DNA of 64,000 bases from Octopus bimaculoides (lineage: Eukaryota). The notes beneath the pieces are model-generated. The model had not been told where the DNA came from, did no database searches, and was given only the letters and a program-made list of their open reading frames with translations. The position numbers and the translations under genes were made by a program. Each line of letters starts with the position of its first letter. The stretch's first letter is position 1. Positions 1 to 13,439 of the stretch are shown piece after piece. The DNA is taken from positions 38,356,138 through 38,420,137 of the forward strand of contig NC_068989.1 of NCBI RefSeq assembly GCF_001194135.2, read 5' to 3'.

Positions 1-61
1 ATGTATATATATTTAAGTATATATTTATATATGTATATATATTTAAGTATATATATATATT

Positions 62-400
62 TATATATGTATATAACTAATTTAGAGACGAACCACCACT
101 CTACAACTCAGAACCCGTCTATGTAGTCTATGTACTAGCACTAACTTTTTACATTTATACTTCCATACTGTATATTATCGTATTAATTTTTACTGTCAAA
201 TCTATAAATTTGACTTTAACATTTTTTAAATTAATATCTCTATGATTTATTTATGTAATATATTATTTAATTTAAATTTTTAGATTAAAATCTTAGATAT
301 ATTAAGATGGTATATGCCTCACAGCATGGATTTGGACGAGTTCTGAGTTGACTGAGTTGTAGAGTGGTAGTCGTCTCTAAATTAGTTATATACATATATA
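62..400. mobile_element. ~340-bp element with ~58-bp terminal inverted repeats embedded in TA-rich microsatellite (PLE inverted-tail relic or MITE)
   Basis: Seen: 62-119 (tatatatgtatataactaatttagagacgaaccaccactctacaactcagaacccgtc) is the reverse complement of 335-400, apart from a few mismatches and a short duplicated (caactcag) block. The family assignment is inference. Confidence 0.6.
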
Positions 401-556
401 TTATATATTAGGAAACCTGGTATAATATTATACCAATGTTTGCCTGTAAGGTTGGAATAAATTTTTTATTCCTTAATATTATTACTATTTATATATGTAT
501 ATATATATATATATATATTTAAGTATATATTTATATATGTATATATATATTTAAGT

Positions 557-1045
557 AGGTAAAGCAAATTTTAGAGGTAATACTTGATAATTGCAAGCAC
601 CTGTATATGCCATATATTGGCCGAGGTGAAAGAATAAATAAAAGACGTAAAATTAAAACAAAACACAAAGGATTCCGCAGTACATATGTTTCAAGCTTTA
701 TACACAAACAGTCGTTGCATCATTATATGGGTATATAATTGATAGACAGGGTGGTATAAAGCTATCTTCAGCCGCAAATATATTCTTTCCCAAGCATTAT
801 ATCACAAAGAAGAAATCACCAAGAAAAAAAAACAAAAGAGAGAGAAACATGAGAGAGAAAAAGCGGGGGTCCACTTGGTATTATCCATTGTAATATACAT
901 TGTAATATGTTTATCCTTTAAGTTGATACATTTACTTAAAAGTTCATTGGTATTCCGAAATCTGTCCATATTGTGCCACAATTCAGGGTAGACATATGAA
1001 ATTTTGTGATTTGGCTCATTCATCTCAAGGTGTTGGATTTGACAG
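557..1045 (-). mobile_element. Penelope-like element 3' fragment (ORF C-terminus, 3' UTR/pLTR) ending at (TA)n
   Basis: Seen: minus-strand peptide ...RFRNTNELLSKCIN... resembles the PLE C-terminal L(N)KRSELISKCRH motif. It is followed by a hammerhead fold at 674-778 and ends flush at (TA)n near 551. Established: PLE pLTRs carry type I hammerheads. Confidence 0.6.
674..778 (-). ncRNA. Type I hammerhead ribozyme (PLE-associated), predicted cleavage after GUA (between 681 and 680)
   Basis: Seen on minus strand: stem I 5' UUUGCGG (778-772); core CUGAAGA (771-765); stem II AGCUUUAUAC (763-754) pairing with GUAUAAAGCU (703-694); GAAA (692-689); palindromic stem III ACAUAUGU; GUA triplet; stem I 3' CUGCGGA (680-674), 7 bp including G-U pairs. 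Confidence 0.75.
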
Positions 1046-1087
1046 AATGGTTTAAATTGTCAAAAAATAAAGCCTCTGTATTATAGC

Positions 1088-1250
1088 TTTGGTTGTCAAG
1101 CACTAGTGGAGACAAACAGACTCAAAGTCACAGAGACACAAATATATGTGTGATGATCTTCTTTTAGTTTTCATCATAGAAATCCTCTCACAAGTCTTTT
1201 GCCAAACCGAGGCTATATTAGAAAACCCCTGTCCAAGTTGTCATGCAATG
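1088..1250 (-). mobile_element. Degenerate tRNA-derived SINE fragment (family A)
   Basis: Seen: cttcttttagttttc...aaatcctctcacaagtcttttgccaaaccgaggctata matches the better preserved family-A copies at 21602-22440. Confidence 0.55.
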
Positions 1251-1931
1251 TATTTGTTTTGGCTGTTCTTTCTACCCTTCTGGGTTTTCTTGGATTTTCA
1301 CCTTATCTGTGTATGTTTACATGTGATCTAGGTATATGAATCCTTATATTAAAGAGGGCATTTGAGAGAGAGAGAGAGAGAGCAAGCGAGATGGAAAGTC
1401 ACTCTCCGCCCACATTTCTGTCTGCTTTCCTATGAATTTAATAATTATTTCATGCACTTTCCTCTGATTATTTTAGAGATAAAAAACGTTTTGAATTATT
1501 AATGAAGTATAGCATTTCTATTTTCCCATCATTCTATCCCAGGGGATATTTCCTGCTGATTGGTTTCAAAGTGAAATTGTGCCCTCTATTATGTTGGTGC
1601 ACTCTACAACCTTTTTACTTTTTGGTAGGCTTCAATATTGTTGATAAGATCTGATTGCATAAATTTTTAGTTCAATTTTTCAGTTTCATAACCTTTTATT
1701 TTTCATTTTTGAGATATCATATGGCATGCATTTGTATGTGCACAGGCATACACACATGCACACACATGTTTTTTAATATAATATAGATGTACTTTCTACA
1801 TATGTAGTATATAAACTGTTAGAAATAATAATTATTAGAATAACTTTATTGTGTGTTCATACTTGATTAAGAATGCAGCTTGTTAGCAAACCACCAATGA
1901 CATTATATTGACCAATAGACACGCACATGCA

Positions 1932-1984
<53 letters not shown>

Positions 1985-2053
1985 NNNNNNNNNNNNNNNN
2001 NNNNNNNNNNNNNNNNNNNNNNNNNNNNNNNNNNNNNNNNNNNNNNNNNNNNN
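1985..2053. other. Assembly gap inside (TA)n microsatellite
   Basis: Run of N flanked by (TA)n on both sides. Confidence 0.99.
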
Positions 2054-2097
<44 letters not shown>

Positions 2098-2721
2098 GTG
2101 TGTGTGTGTATGTATATATGTGTGTGTGTATGTATGTATATGTGTGTGTGTGGGTGTATATATCTTTGTGTATGCATATGTATGTATAAATATTTTTATA
2201 TACCATTCTAATTGCTAAAATATATATTATCATTTATTGATAATTTACGTAAAATATAAAATGTTATTTCTTCAAGTTTCAGATGACGGGACTATCAAAT
2301 AATTAAATATTGTTTCCACTTTCTAATTACCTGATGATATCCAATTGTGAGACTCAGTGCAATAAGCAACAGTTTAAAATATAATTGACATAAAGCAGAT
2401 ATTCACACATCTAATATACAATCACAACGAACCTTTCTTACACACACACACACACACATATTCATGTATTATTTTCATAGATGTATTGGCATCAATGGTG
2501 GTTGCCCATCTTAGGACATGATGAAAATGTTTTCTTCTTTTCCTTCCAATTGCTCATCATTTCCTGTGGCCTCATTATACTGGAACATTGTATGCAATGA
2601 ACATGTAGGCCTATATAGGTTGCATGTCTCCAGGATAAATAATGTGATCTTATATCCTGTCATGGCTCTGTTTCAGTGTGTGTTCAAAAGAGACCCATTT
2701 TGTAAACATAACTGATTGTTT

Positions 2722-3215
2722 GTGGGCTGTGTATTTAAGAAGTCTGCTTCCTAACCACATGATTTTGGGTTCAGTTCCACTCTGTTAAATCTTGGGAAAG
2801 TGTCTTCCACTATAGCTGCCTCAGGTTCTACAAAGCATTGTCAGTGGATTTGAAAGACAAAAACTGAAAGAAGCCCATCATGTATATATGTAGGTGTGTG
2901 TGTATACATGCATGCATGCTTGTGACTGACTGTATGTGTGCATATATGTGTGTGTGTGTGTTACTCCCTTCTTGACTCAACATTTATGTGAGAGTATTAA
3001 ATGCACATCACTATCATACAAGCAGTATTCCTTATTTCTAACCTTCCATGGAAACATATCTGGCCATGGAGAAATATTACCTTACTTGAAAACGGGTGAG
3101 GGGTGGTGACAAGAAGAGTGTCCAAGTCTTAGAGAATCTGCCTCAACAAATTCCATCTGACCCATATGAGCATGGAAAAATGGATGGTAGAATGACGACG
3201 ACGACGATGATGATG
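2722..3215 (+). mobile_element. tRNA-derived SINE family A with RTE-type 3' tail ending in (GAT)n
   Basis: Seen: A/B-box-like head (ggctgtgtatttaagaag...gggttcagttcc), central aaagcattgtcagtggatttgaaagacaaaaactgaaagaagccc, internal (TG)/(TA) spacer, and tail acccatatgagcatggaaaaatgga...gatgatgatg similar to the RTE end at 57546-57590. Confidence 0.75.
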
Positions 3216-5701
3216 TTATACTAGAATTTGTATCTTAATAATGATGGCTGATGTAACTGATTTTGAATGCTGCAGGGTGAAATTCACTCAATGGGAAAGT
3301 CTTAGTTTGGTATTGGAATACATTAATCAGAGGATAGATAGTCAGTGTGTAAGTGTGTGCATGGTAGAGAGAGAGAGAGAGAGAGAATCCTGCTGCCATA
3401 TCTGTTGCTGGAAAATCCAACATCGTCAAGGGGATAATATTGGTGAAACAGTTAGAAATAACAACTAGACCAATGCCACGAAGATACTATATTTGAATAA
3501 AATAATATGCATCAAAGGGGCCTAAAGTATTTATCTTGTAAGAACAAATTTGATATTCCATCATTAATGCTGTCACTCAGTATTTACTAGTTCATATTTC
3601 TGTATGTAAAAAGAAATACAATAAGCAATGTTATAGTGGTAAACAAGATAATATTAGCAGTGGAGCATGTTAAACATAAAAAGTAACAAAAGAGTTTGGG
3701 GGAAGAACAAGATTTCCTAAATTACTATTAATCCTTTCAACCCATGAGTGTGCTGCAGCTGGTGTGTTTTTTGTTCAACAAAATATCTGAAAGATACTCC
3801 AGTGGCCATCCATGCTGTGTTCTGTTTATGGCTGAAAATAATGCTGTTTCTGCCAATTAGGGAGCTTTAAACAATATACAAAACTGTTTTTGTATCTTCC
3901 AAGGAGAGAGCCGAATGAAATCATGCCCAATAAAGTGTACTCGTAGGTGTAAAGGGCTAACAGTCATGGTCATTATATTGACAAAGAAATCAGTACCCTG
4001 TTTCGTATTTCATGATAATGAGATGCCAGTATTGGCATCTTTGCATTTTACTTTTTTTAAGGGAAAAGACACCAATAGAATATGTAATAGGAATATAATT
4101 TCTTATTAGATGCTATGTAATTAATTATAATTCTCCTTCATCAAATCGACCTTATTCTCCATTTATGTTTTACATTAGTTTTTTCCATACTCACATGGTT
4201 TGACAAAATCATTATTGAGGTGTTGTTTTGCAACCAGATGTCCTTTTTTGTCACTAAACCTTGTATTTCAGTTTGTGCTTTTTCTTTCATGCCATACCAA
4301 ATTACGAGTTATTTTGTGACACATCATGTAATGCATATGTAATTGCTTCATCCAGTTGCATGACATAATATTTGTTTATGTATATGTATGTTTGCGTGTA
4401 GAACTGCATTTATGCGTATGTGCTTGTATATGCACAGAATTCTTTAAAAAAAGAACTGAAAATATAAAAAGCTATTTAATTTTATCAGGAACTGAATTCA
4501 GGATCTAAGAAAGCATAACTAGATATGCTGTCCAAGACCCTAAAATTGATTACATGATTTTTGTCCTTGGGTAGTAACTGTTATTTCCTATTTACTTACC
4601 CCTAGAAAGTATGAAAAATGACTGATATTTTCTTTAGACTATACTTTTGGTACATTTATTTAAACTCCAAAGAATTCTTATCAACACATGGCTATGATGA
4701 TTCCCTACTGCTTCTGCTCATGATCAGAGATGCACAAATTGTCAGCCACCAAGGGACATGCTCAAGTAACTGATAAGCAAAGCTGTGCTATTGAACAGAA
4801 TATTTGCTACAATGGTATTTCTGCTTCAGTAACTCAGTGCTAAATCTGTCTGAAATGTAATGGAAAACAGGTCAGTTTCAAAACATTGATGTCCTGGTCA
4901 CAATAGCAAAGTTTAAATGGAACAGTAGTGATTTCTTTTGATTTTGAAATAGAAGCAAATAAGAAATAACACACTTATGAAAGACAAGAAAAAGGTAAAA
5001 ATTTTGTTATACAGTGTTATTAATATGGATACAAGGCCAGAAACTTCTGAATGTTTAGAACTGAAAAGCTAGCAATAAATAAAACTGAAGTGTTGCATAT
5101 TGAGGGATCCTTGAAATAATACATCAGTGAAGCGACTAAATATAAACTGTCCTTCTTCAGAAGAGAAAAGGTATCTTGCCTGAAATACTGGGCACTGCAT
5201 CTTATAGCATGATAACAAATGACCTCTTTTGTTTTATTTCTATAGCACAACTTTTTAAAAAAATTAAGCTGCTGAGAAAATAATTAAAATTGAGAATACA
5301 AACAATATAATTTGTCTAGATGAAAAATATTGAAGCAGAATGAATATTGTGGTTGTTGGTTACTCTTTGATGAAGAAGCATACTTATGGCTAAAGACATT
5401 TTAGCTATGGCTACCACATCTTATTAAAAAATATTCCTGTAACTATACAAACCAATTGTGTATTTTCAGTATCTAAGTTGGCAGAAAGGGATTTGAAGGA
5501 GATTTGGTTACTAGTTCCAGTAGATGGGTGTCTACATGAAGGTTCCTTTGTTGGTTTAGGAATATGTGTGTTTTTATATTATATATAACTATAATAGTGA
5601 ATGTGTAACTATATGCCATATATGCTTATATACATTACTGCATATATTTAAGTGTGTGCACGAATTGCTGAAACTATCTCTGCATATGTGTGTATTCTGT
5701 A

Positions 5702-5908
5702 TGCATTTGTGTATATGCGTATATTACTGTGTGAGTGTTGTGTATATATGTGTGTATGTGTCACTTTGTCTATGTATTTGTGTACATGCGTATATTACCG
5801 TGTGAGTGTGGTGTATATATGTGTGTATATGTCACTTTGTGTATGTATTTGTGTACATGCGTATATTACTGTGTGAGTGTGGTGTATATATGTGTGTATG
5901 TGTCACTA
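5702..5908. repeat. 71-bp minisatellite, ~3 copies
   Basis: Seen: atttgtgta(c/t)atgcgtatattac recurs at 5705, 5776 and 5847 (period 71). Confidence 0.85.
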
Positions 5909-8900
5909 TGTGTTAGTGTGCAAATGTTGCTGTATATATTTGTGCACTCCATTATTAATTAGAATTCTATATTTCAAGAACCATGTCTTGGTGTATGACT
6001 GAGTTAGAACACTTGTACAAGTTGTTGTATTTCCTGAGCTGATGATATTCATTGCTTGTTGCTTCATCTGTTAAAATTTGACAGCTCTAAATCAGTGATT
6101 CCCATCATTTGGAAGAAGGGGTTGGGAAGACAAAATAATTTTCTTTTGAAATATCTGATGGTATAAATATAGATTGTTCATGAATAAGTTGTACAATATG
6201 CTGTAGGCATAATAAATGCGTTTATTATAAATCAAAACTGTAATATGTTTCCTCAAGAAAAATTTTAATTGTTAATATATACATCTATAAGATGAATCTT
6301 AAAACTATTTTTAGGAAATCGCTTTCACATTTATATATTTAAAAAGGGATTTTAGATAATTATTCATTTGCTTGAATGGCTCATGATGGTAATATGTAGA
6401 GAATCATTTATCTAAATATATAAGAGTAAGCTCTTCATTTTTATTTATAAAATTCTTTCAAGTTTTGTGGATTTCTGATAGCTCGGAAGTAATTTCTTTT
6501 GTTTTTGTTAACTTTAATGTTATGTTATTAGAGAATAATTTTAAGGCTATTCCTTGAAAATGTATGAGAAGTTAGCTCTTTACATATATTTACGTTTGGC
6601 CACAACTATGCAGCCATAATAATCTGACAACTATATTGGTTGTGTGTGGTTATTAGCAGTTAGTATTTTTATCAGATTTCTCTGTCTGTCTGTCTCTCTC
6701 TCTCTCTTCCTCTCTCTCACACTCATTTAATGCCCATGTTCTATGTTGACACGGGCTGGATGGAATGTATGTATATATATATATATGGTATAAATGATTT
6801 CAGTGTATTGTTTGTTATTAGTGTTAATGCATGAGGGGTTAGTTTTTATTAGAGCTGTAATATGAGTTTGGCTTCTTTTTCTTATATATTTTTTCTTCTA
6901 ATAAATATGTTGTTTATATGGATGTTTGGTGCTAGACATTCTGTGTTAGAGCTTTCTGCTTGAATTATGCAGTAGTGCTTACCAATGACTGTGTTAATAT
7001 TCACTTATTAAAATCACTTTGATTCTAGTAGTTACCATATTAAATAGTTTTGAGTCAGAGCATATTGGAAATGCTTTACCATGGAGAGATTTAATAACAG
7101 ATTTTATATTTGAGGAAGTAAATCTCTGACATAAGATAAATATAGTTATTGGTGAACCTAATATAAACACTAGTGGTATCTATAATTTATTGGCATATTT
7201 ACATTTATAGTATCTAAACTTGTAGGAAAGTAATTGTCAGAATTTGATTGGTTAAAAGATTGTATGGGGAAGGGTAGAATAGTGACATGGAAGTAGTAAT
7301 GTTAAACTAATTATTAACAAAGGATTTAAGATTTAATCAAAGTTAACTTTTGATGTTACAAAAACAAAAGAAAAAGAACGAAAGAGTATTACTTATCTAA
7401 ATTTAATCAGATCATTGTTAAAGAGGTGCTAATTTATATCTGTTACAGCTTGATTGTGAATTTGTTTACTTTGTCCAGTATTTTAGTGTCAACTCTAACA
7501 TTAAATCTAAGAAATCTATTAGCATTATTGATTGGTAGTTGTTGTTAAACTATTATGTATTTAAGACCATAATTAGCTTGACTAATGTTTCAAATCTATA
7601 ATTAACCTATTGAAAAAGGATAGCAGCTTGAGTTATCTAAGATTAGTTACTTACCTTTTCATCAGACAGAGATAGCTGTGTATAGCTATAAAAACATTTC
7701 ATTTATCCATTGATTAAAAACTAAACTGTTTCAGAAATATACACCAACACACACACAAATATTTGCTGATACATATTTGCAACCATTTTTCAGTGCTACA
7801 ATAATGGTGAGGTGATGTTTAATAGATTGAGGTTTAGTGTAAAGACTTCTCAAGAGAGATTGTTTCCTTTTGGACATGTTCCCTGACACAATTTAATCAG
7901 CTGTTTATTTATATTTTAGACAGTCTGAATCTATTAGAGCGAATACATCTAAAGATTCAATTCATTTGTGCAAGCCCTTATTCTTGAAAATATGGTCTTC
8001 TTAGACTTTCAACTCCTCATAGAGTGTAGGTTGTGAAGACATACCTTCCCAATTTTTCTGTCCAGGCAATCCTTTCTAACAACTTCCAATCCTTTCCATT
8101 TCATTCATGGTCCTATTTCTCAGGAAATTATGGTACTTATGAACCATGTGACAGCATGAGTGTTATGCTTTTTGTGTATACATTTCTGTTTATGTTCTGA
8201 AGCCAAAACAAATTCTATCATCTCTAGCAGAGCCCTGACCAGAAAATAGTTTCTTTTATTTGAGATGCCTTCTGTTGCTATTAGCAAGAAATATTTTTAT
8301 GCAGTAAGGCTAGTAAACCTATAAATAACACTGGAGTGAAAGACAAGGTCTGAGCTTAGAGACCTTTAAATGTATCAGAATCACAGATAAACACTTGGAT
8401 GGCAATCTTTGTATATTCTGGATGGAATCCTCGCCTACATAGAAATCTTTCTTTCTCTGTGCATGTGTGTTTACACACACACACACAAATACGTATGCAC
8501 ACACGTCTGAAATTCTCAGTTATATTCTATATTTATGTTTAATGTGTATAGTGTGCATAAGTTCACAATACATTAGTTCGTCCTCTGCTCCCATCTCTGT
8601 TGTCACACTTGCTCTTTCCTTCTACATCACCACCCTCGTAAGACCTAACCACTACCACTTCTACAGAAGGACTCTTTCTGTTGCACATCCATGGACGTTA
8701 TGTATATGCTTAAATGTACTTTTGCAATTCAATGTATATTGGGCTGTCAACTGACTCTCAACTGTCTGATAGGTTTGCAGAGTAATTCAGGGACAGTGAG
8801 CCATCTGCTACTTGACATTTTTGCTCCACCAACCACTTCACACAAAACTTTTTCTTTGGTTATCAAAGCTGAATGTTCTATTTCCCTCTTTCACAAGGAC

Positions 8901-9179
8901 CAGGAGCTTGTCTTGTTTCTACAAACTTTTACACTAACATACAACTATCAAAACACTCATCCCCACATCTTTTCTTTACTTCATCTCAAAAGGTACCATT
9001 TTCTCCTGGTTTTCAGCCCTTCTGTCTTCCTCCTCTGTTTTCTATTCTTTCTGAAAAATACAATGTCCTAAACATAAAAGACATTCAATTCTTCCAAACA
9101 TTAAACTAATACCCTTTCATCAAACATTGTTTTTTCCTTGGGATTTTTTCTATGACTTTTACTTGTTTATGACTTTTCA

Positions 9180-9690
9180 TTTATATTACCATCATGAGAT
9201 GTTTATATTCCATTCTGGCATGGGTTGTACAGGTTTTCAACATCCCAGTCAATTTTTACTCAGAAAACCTAGACGGATTTGAGGACCATGTTTTGCCTAA
9301 ACATTTCATTTTTGTCTTGGTTTCTAAGGCTGGATTTCTTTCTTAACTCTATACAAATTGTCCTGGAAGCATTTTATTGTGGCACCAGCATGGGAAAGTT
9401 TCTCATATCCTCAGCAGAACTAAAGGGTTCTCTTGATATAACACTTTCAGAGCATATTAGATGAATTTCCTCTTGGCAAATGCACTAAAGCAGTCGTCAT
9501 TTCTTTGACAAGACCGATCTTGTCAGATTTATGCCACTTTCACTCAGGCCTGCTTGACACATGCCTCATTTCTCTTATAATCAGTCTTACCCTCCAGATC
9601 TCATAATGAGTGCTCTGCTCAATCTTTCTTTCTCACAGTGTGAACTCTCACACCATTCTTGTTTTCCCTGATCATCAACTGACCAAAGTT
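9180..9690 (-). mobile_element. Decayed RTE LINE 3' end (ORF C-terminus, UTR and tail)
   Basis: Seen on minus: ...KIGLVKEMT... (RTE C-terminal GLxxEMTxDR motif), gctggtgccacaataaaatgc and acccatgccagaatggaa tail motifs shared with 57300-57590. Confidence 0.55.
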
Positions 9691-11329
9691 TAAATTAAGA
9701 TTGAATAACAGCTATATTGATCTCAGGTGGCATGTGAAAATTATTGGCTCTGCCTCATACAGATGAACGACATTTGAATGTTATTGATACTGCCGCTTGT
9801 AGAGTGCAGTGAAGGTTATCAATGCTGCCTCACCCCTGTCTAAATGATAAAGATCAACTAGACGCAGTTGATGATTTTGCTGAAGATAAGAGCATGGGAG
9901 TAAGTCTTCAGTAGAGATGAAGTTTCACCAACGTTCTCTCTATTTTCCCTCACTGGTCTCCACTTGAGGTTTTCAACTTAGTTAAGTAACAAAAACTGTT
10001 GACGATTTACAATTTTGTTACATTATGTTTAAATTATTGAATCTTCAGTTTGAGGGTGATGAAAGGTTAGCATGATCAAGTTTTTAAATTTCATGTGAAA
10101 AAGCAGGTAGAGTTGTGTAGATAGAGAAGGAGAGATGGAAATGAGTATTACTGAGATTGTTCTGTATGAAGGTCAAAACAAAGTTGGCAGGAAATGTTGA
10201 GTCTTTTTCAGAAGTTGTGCTGCTTAATTCATCTTGGTTTAGAAGTGATGAGCAGTAACATTTGGTAGAGTAAAGACATATTCTTTGCAAGAGATTTGAA
10301 GTTTATTTTGTAATTTGTATGTGGGAGATCTTGCAGGTTGTATAATGTCTTTGTTTTTCAGAATAGTATCAGTGGGTAAAAAGTCTCCAAGGTGAAAGGC
10401 AACCTCCAGATCACGTAGGAGGTATTCTTTGCTTCAGCCTTTTGTTGGATATACATGATAAAGGAGGAAGAAATTTAACAGATTAATGAGGGAATTGAAA
10501 GTTGGCAGCAGAGGAACTGCTGTAGGTGATCCATCAACATGTCTCTAGTTTGAGATATGAGTTAGTTATTTCAGAATATAATGCAAATAACCAGTAATCT
10601 TCCGGAAATTTATGACAAATAAAGTCTGATGCATGATCATGAGAAGCTATTGATTAAGGGATTCACAAGTGACACTGCAACTTACATCAACTTATAATAA
10701 ACATAATGCAATTTTCACCATCACTCAGTTAATTTCATCCCCACTATTTAATCATACTCTCAAGTGTATATATGTGTGTGTGTGTGTTATTGGATGAAAT
10801 TGATTGGAATGATGAGTTACAATGAAGCAAAAATGAAATATAAATGTAAGTTGATCATTATGGTAATTGATTCAAAACAAAACAACACCATCAACACGTG
10901 AGAAAAAAAAGTACAAGAATGCAAAAAAAAAAAACAAAAAAAAAAACAAAAAAAACAGAGTTGATGAATTTATTAACTTTAAAAATAGTAAGAATAGAAT
11001 ACTATGATAGATGAATTGAGTTAGATACAAAGCATATGAAATGAATGAAATAATACAAAGTTTGAGACACTTAAATAGACACCAACAGTGTGAGAAGGAG
11101 AATTTTTCCTGAATGGTAGCTGCATATTGTAATTTTAGTATAAATGATTTAGTAGACCTTCATAGTGCAAAGAATGCAGAGATTATTGTTCCCATGTATG
11201 CTTTATATAAAGTATATTCCCTCTTACTTGGAAGAATATTGAATTCTGTTTTAATGAAGTGTGCTGAATTCTCAGTTTATGCCTGTCATAGTTTTTAAAA
11301 GAATGCATGTAATAATAAAATCTAGATTT

Positions 11330-11850
11330 AAAAGGATAAGCTTTAGAATTATTGATAGTAGTAACTAAACATTGGTACATTATGCCTTTAACCAAATAGA
11401 TTCTAGAGAACAGTTTTTGATATCTGTACAGTTTCAGAGACTGGTGCAATATCATTTACTAGTTTTATTAGATCTAAGCTAAGATGTGTTAGAAAAGGCT
11501 AAATTATGGTCAAAGTTTGATACCATTTTTATTAAAGATATGATGACATCTACAATTTAAAGGGAAATGCTTTTAAAGAGTTTAAGGAAGTTTTGAGTTG
11601 TGTAGAGACTGAATGGATTGAAAACACCTGGCAATGCTTATTTCTCTGCTATTGTTTTAAGTGGAGTGGGAAATAGATATTGTTGCATCAAAGACACTTC
11701 TGGTTGAGGCATCAGTGTAGTATTGGGATGCATTATGGGAAATTTGTTTATTGGCCGAAAGTAGAGAAAATCTAAGTGAGAACTTTGAAGCCAGGTTATG
11801 AATTGTATGTCTGAAGTGAGTTACTATGTCTATAAATGTAAATATCTCAT
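11330..11850 (-). mobile_element. Very old CR1/L2-type LINE endonuclease relic
   Basis: Minus-strand LESIWLK motif, typical of CR1/L2-type APE domains, lies within multiply disrupted frames. Weak inference. Confidence 0.3.
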
Positions 11851-12979
11851 TAATTTTGTGTTATAATTGATATAGTGAATTAGAGGAGTCATGAGCAACA
11901 TTGAGTTATAACCATTAATCACAAGAAACCTGTGTTCTTAAAGAAATTGCAGAATGCTTACAGAATTAATAATAACTAGGATAACTAGTCTATTATCGTG
12001 ATAAAAACTATCTGTGATTTTAATTTCCTGTACGATGTACAAATCAAGGAGGTAGCTGATTTCAGCTTAGTCCTGAGCACTTATGGTAACATTGTAATAT
12101 AAATACTTTCTTTTTGACAGTGGCAACTTCTGTTTTCACCAACAGATTTCATTCACTGCACACACAAACATATATATAGTTACACATTCATGTTTTTTCT
12201 TTCCTCTCACGCATACACACATGCAGACACTTATACCAGTGAATAAGTCCACTAAGTTATTTTGTTAATAATTACTGATTATTTCATTAAACTCTAATGT
12301 TTACTGTTCATTTTATTCTTTGTTATTAATTTTCCTTTCTTGAACTGCTATTAAGTTGAAAATTTATGACCACACTTATTGATATTTAAAATATAAACAG
12401 TAGATTCATTAGAGAGAGCTATTTTTCACAATTATCTATCTTTTATCCTTTATTTATGTCTTAACTTTATTTCTCTCTCTTTTTGTCTGCCTGTCTCACA
12501 TTCTTTATCCTCTAAATAAATCTCCCTTTCTTTCCCATACTTTGTATATATACATATATGCTTATGTGTATGTGTGTGTGTGTGTGCATATCTGTGTACA
12601 TGTATATGTGTGTATGTCAGAAAGAGAGGGAGAGAGAAAGAAAGTAGCTGGTTGATCATCTCAAACTGTATAGTTCCTGTTATACACTTACTTTATTATT
12701 GATAAACTGACAAGTGAGTTTAAAGAAGTTTATCTGATTTCATTTAATTCCTTGCAATGTAAATAGTGCAATAAAAACTGTTGTGCACAGAAGACTCCAT
12801 GAATTATTTCAATAAATCAATGACATTGAGTCATATGATGGTACAGACAGAAAACCCACCAGTTAGGCAGATAAACAGTTTTATTATTAATGCTCTACTT
12901 ATCATTATTGTTGTTGTTGTTACTATTATTATTGTTATTATTATAATTATCATCATCAGCCTTTAGTGAGAGAACAGTG

Positions 12980-13220
12980 ATGGAATCAGTGAAGTGTTAG
13001 AGCAAAAAACATGATGTGACTTTTGGTATTTAGTTATGTCTCTTTAGGTTCTGAGTTCAAATGCTGACGAGGTCATGTTTCACTATTCAGAGGCCACCAA
13101 AATAGATATTAGTTAAATATTGGAGAAAGAGGAAATTTGCAACCAACTATTACATCCTTACGTACCTCCTACCCACCCCAAGATATGTGGCTTTGTGCCT
13201 AAGTGACAGATTATTAATTA
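12980..13220 (+). mobile_element. Degenerate CORE-type SINE (family B)
   Basis: Seen: ttctgagttcaaatgctgacgaggtc B-box/CORE start and 3' ccccaagatatgtggctttgtgcctaa...attattaatt, as in the copies at 23928-25135. Confidence 0.55.
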
Positions 13221-13439
13221 GTAGGTGTGTATGTGGGATCTGGCAGCCAACTTGATTTTTACATACCACTCAGACAGTGGTGTGGATGAAAGGGGTGTTC
13301 TGTTTGAACATTTGTTACTTGATGCCAGTGTAAAGACTTTCTGTATGGTCTGTAACATCTGAATCTTCTTCAAATCAATGTCATAAACATACAAAAAGAT
13401 CACAGCTGGAACACTTTTTATCAAATGTCTGCTTAATCA

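Noticed and set aside
1857-2233. Many long ORFs rich in T/H, Y/I or V/C (also 18685-19990, 48108-49337, 52922-54658, 59754-60905)
   Set aside because: They are translations of (CA)n/(TA)n/(TG)n microsatellites and N gaps, which lack stop codons.
9385-9418. CTGAGGA-TATGA-GAAA on minus strand (hammerhead core)
   Set aside because: No stem II or stem I pairing; it lies in an RTE relic and is a chance match.
9180-9690. Initial reading as a Tc1 transposase N-terminus
   Set aside because: Nucleotide motifs match the RTE 3' UTR/tail and GLxKEMT C-terminus seen at 57200-57590; the Tc1 resemblance was superficial.
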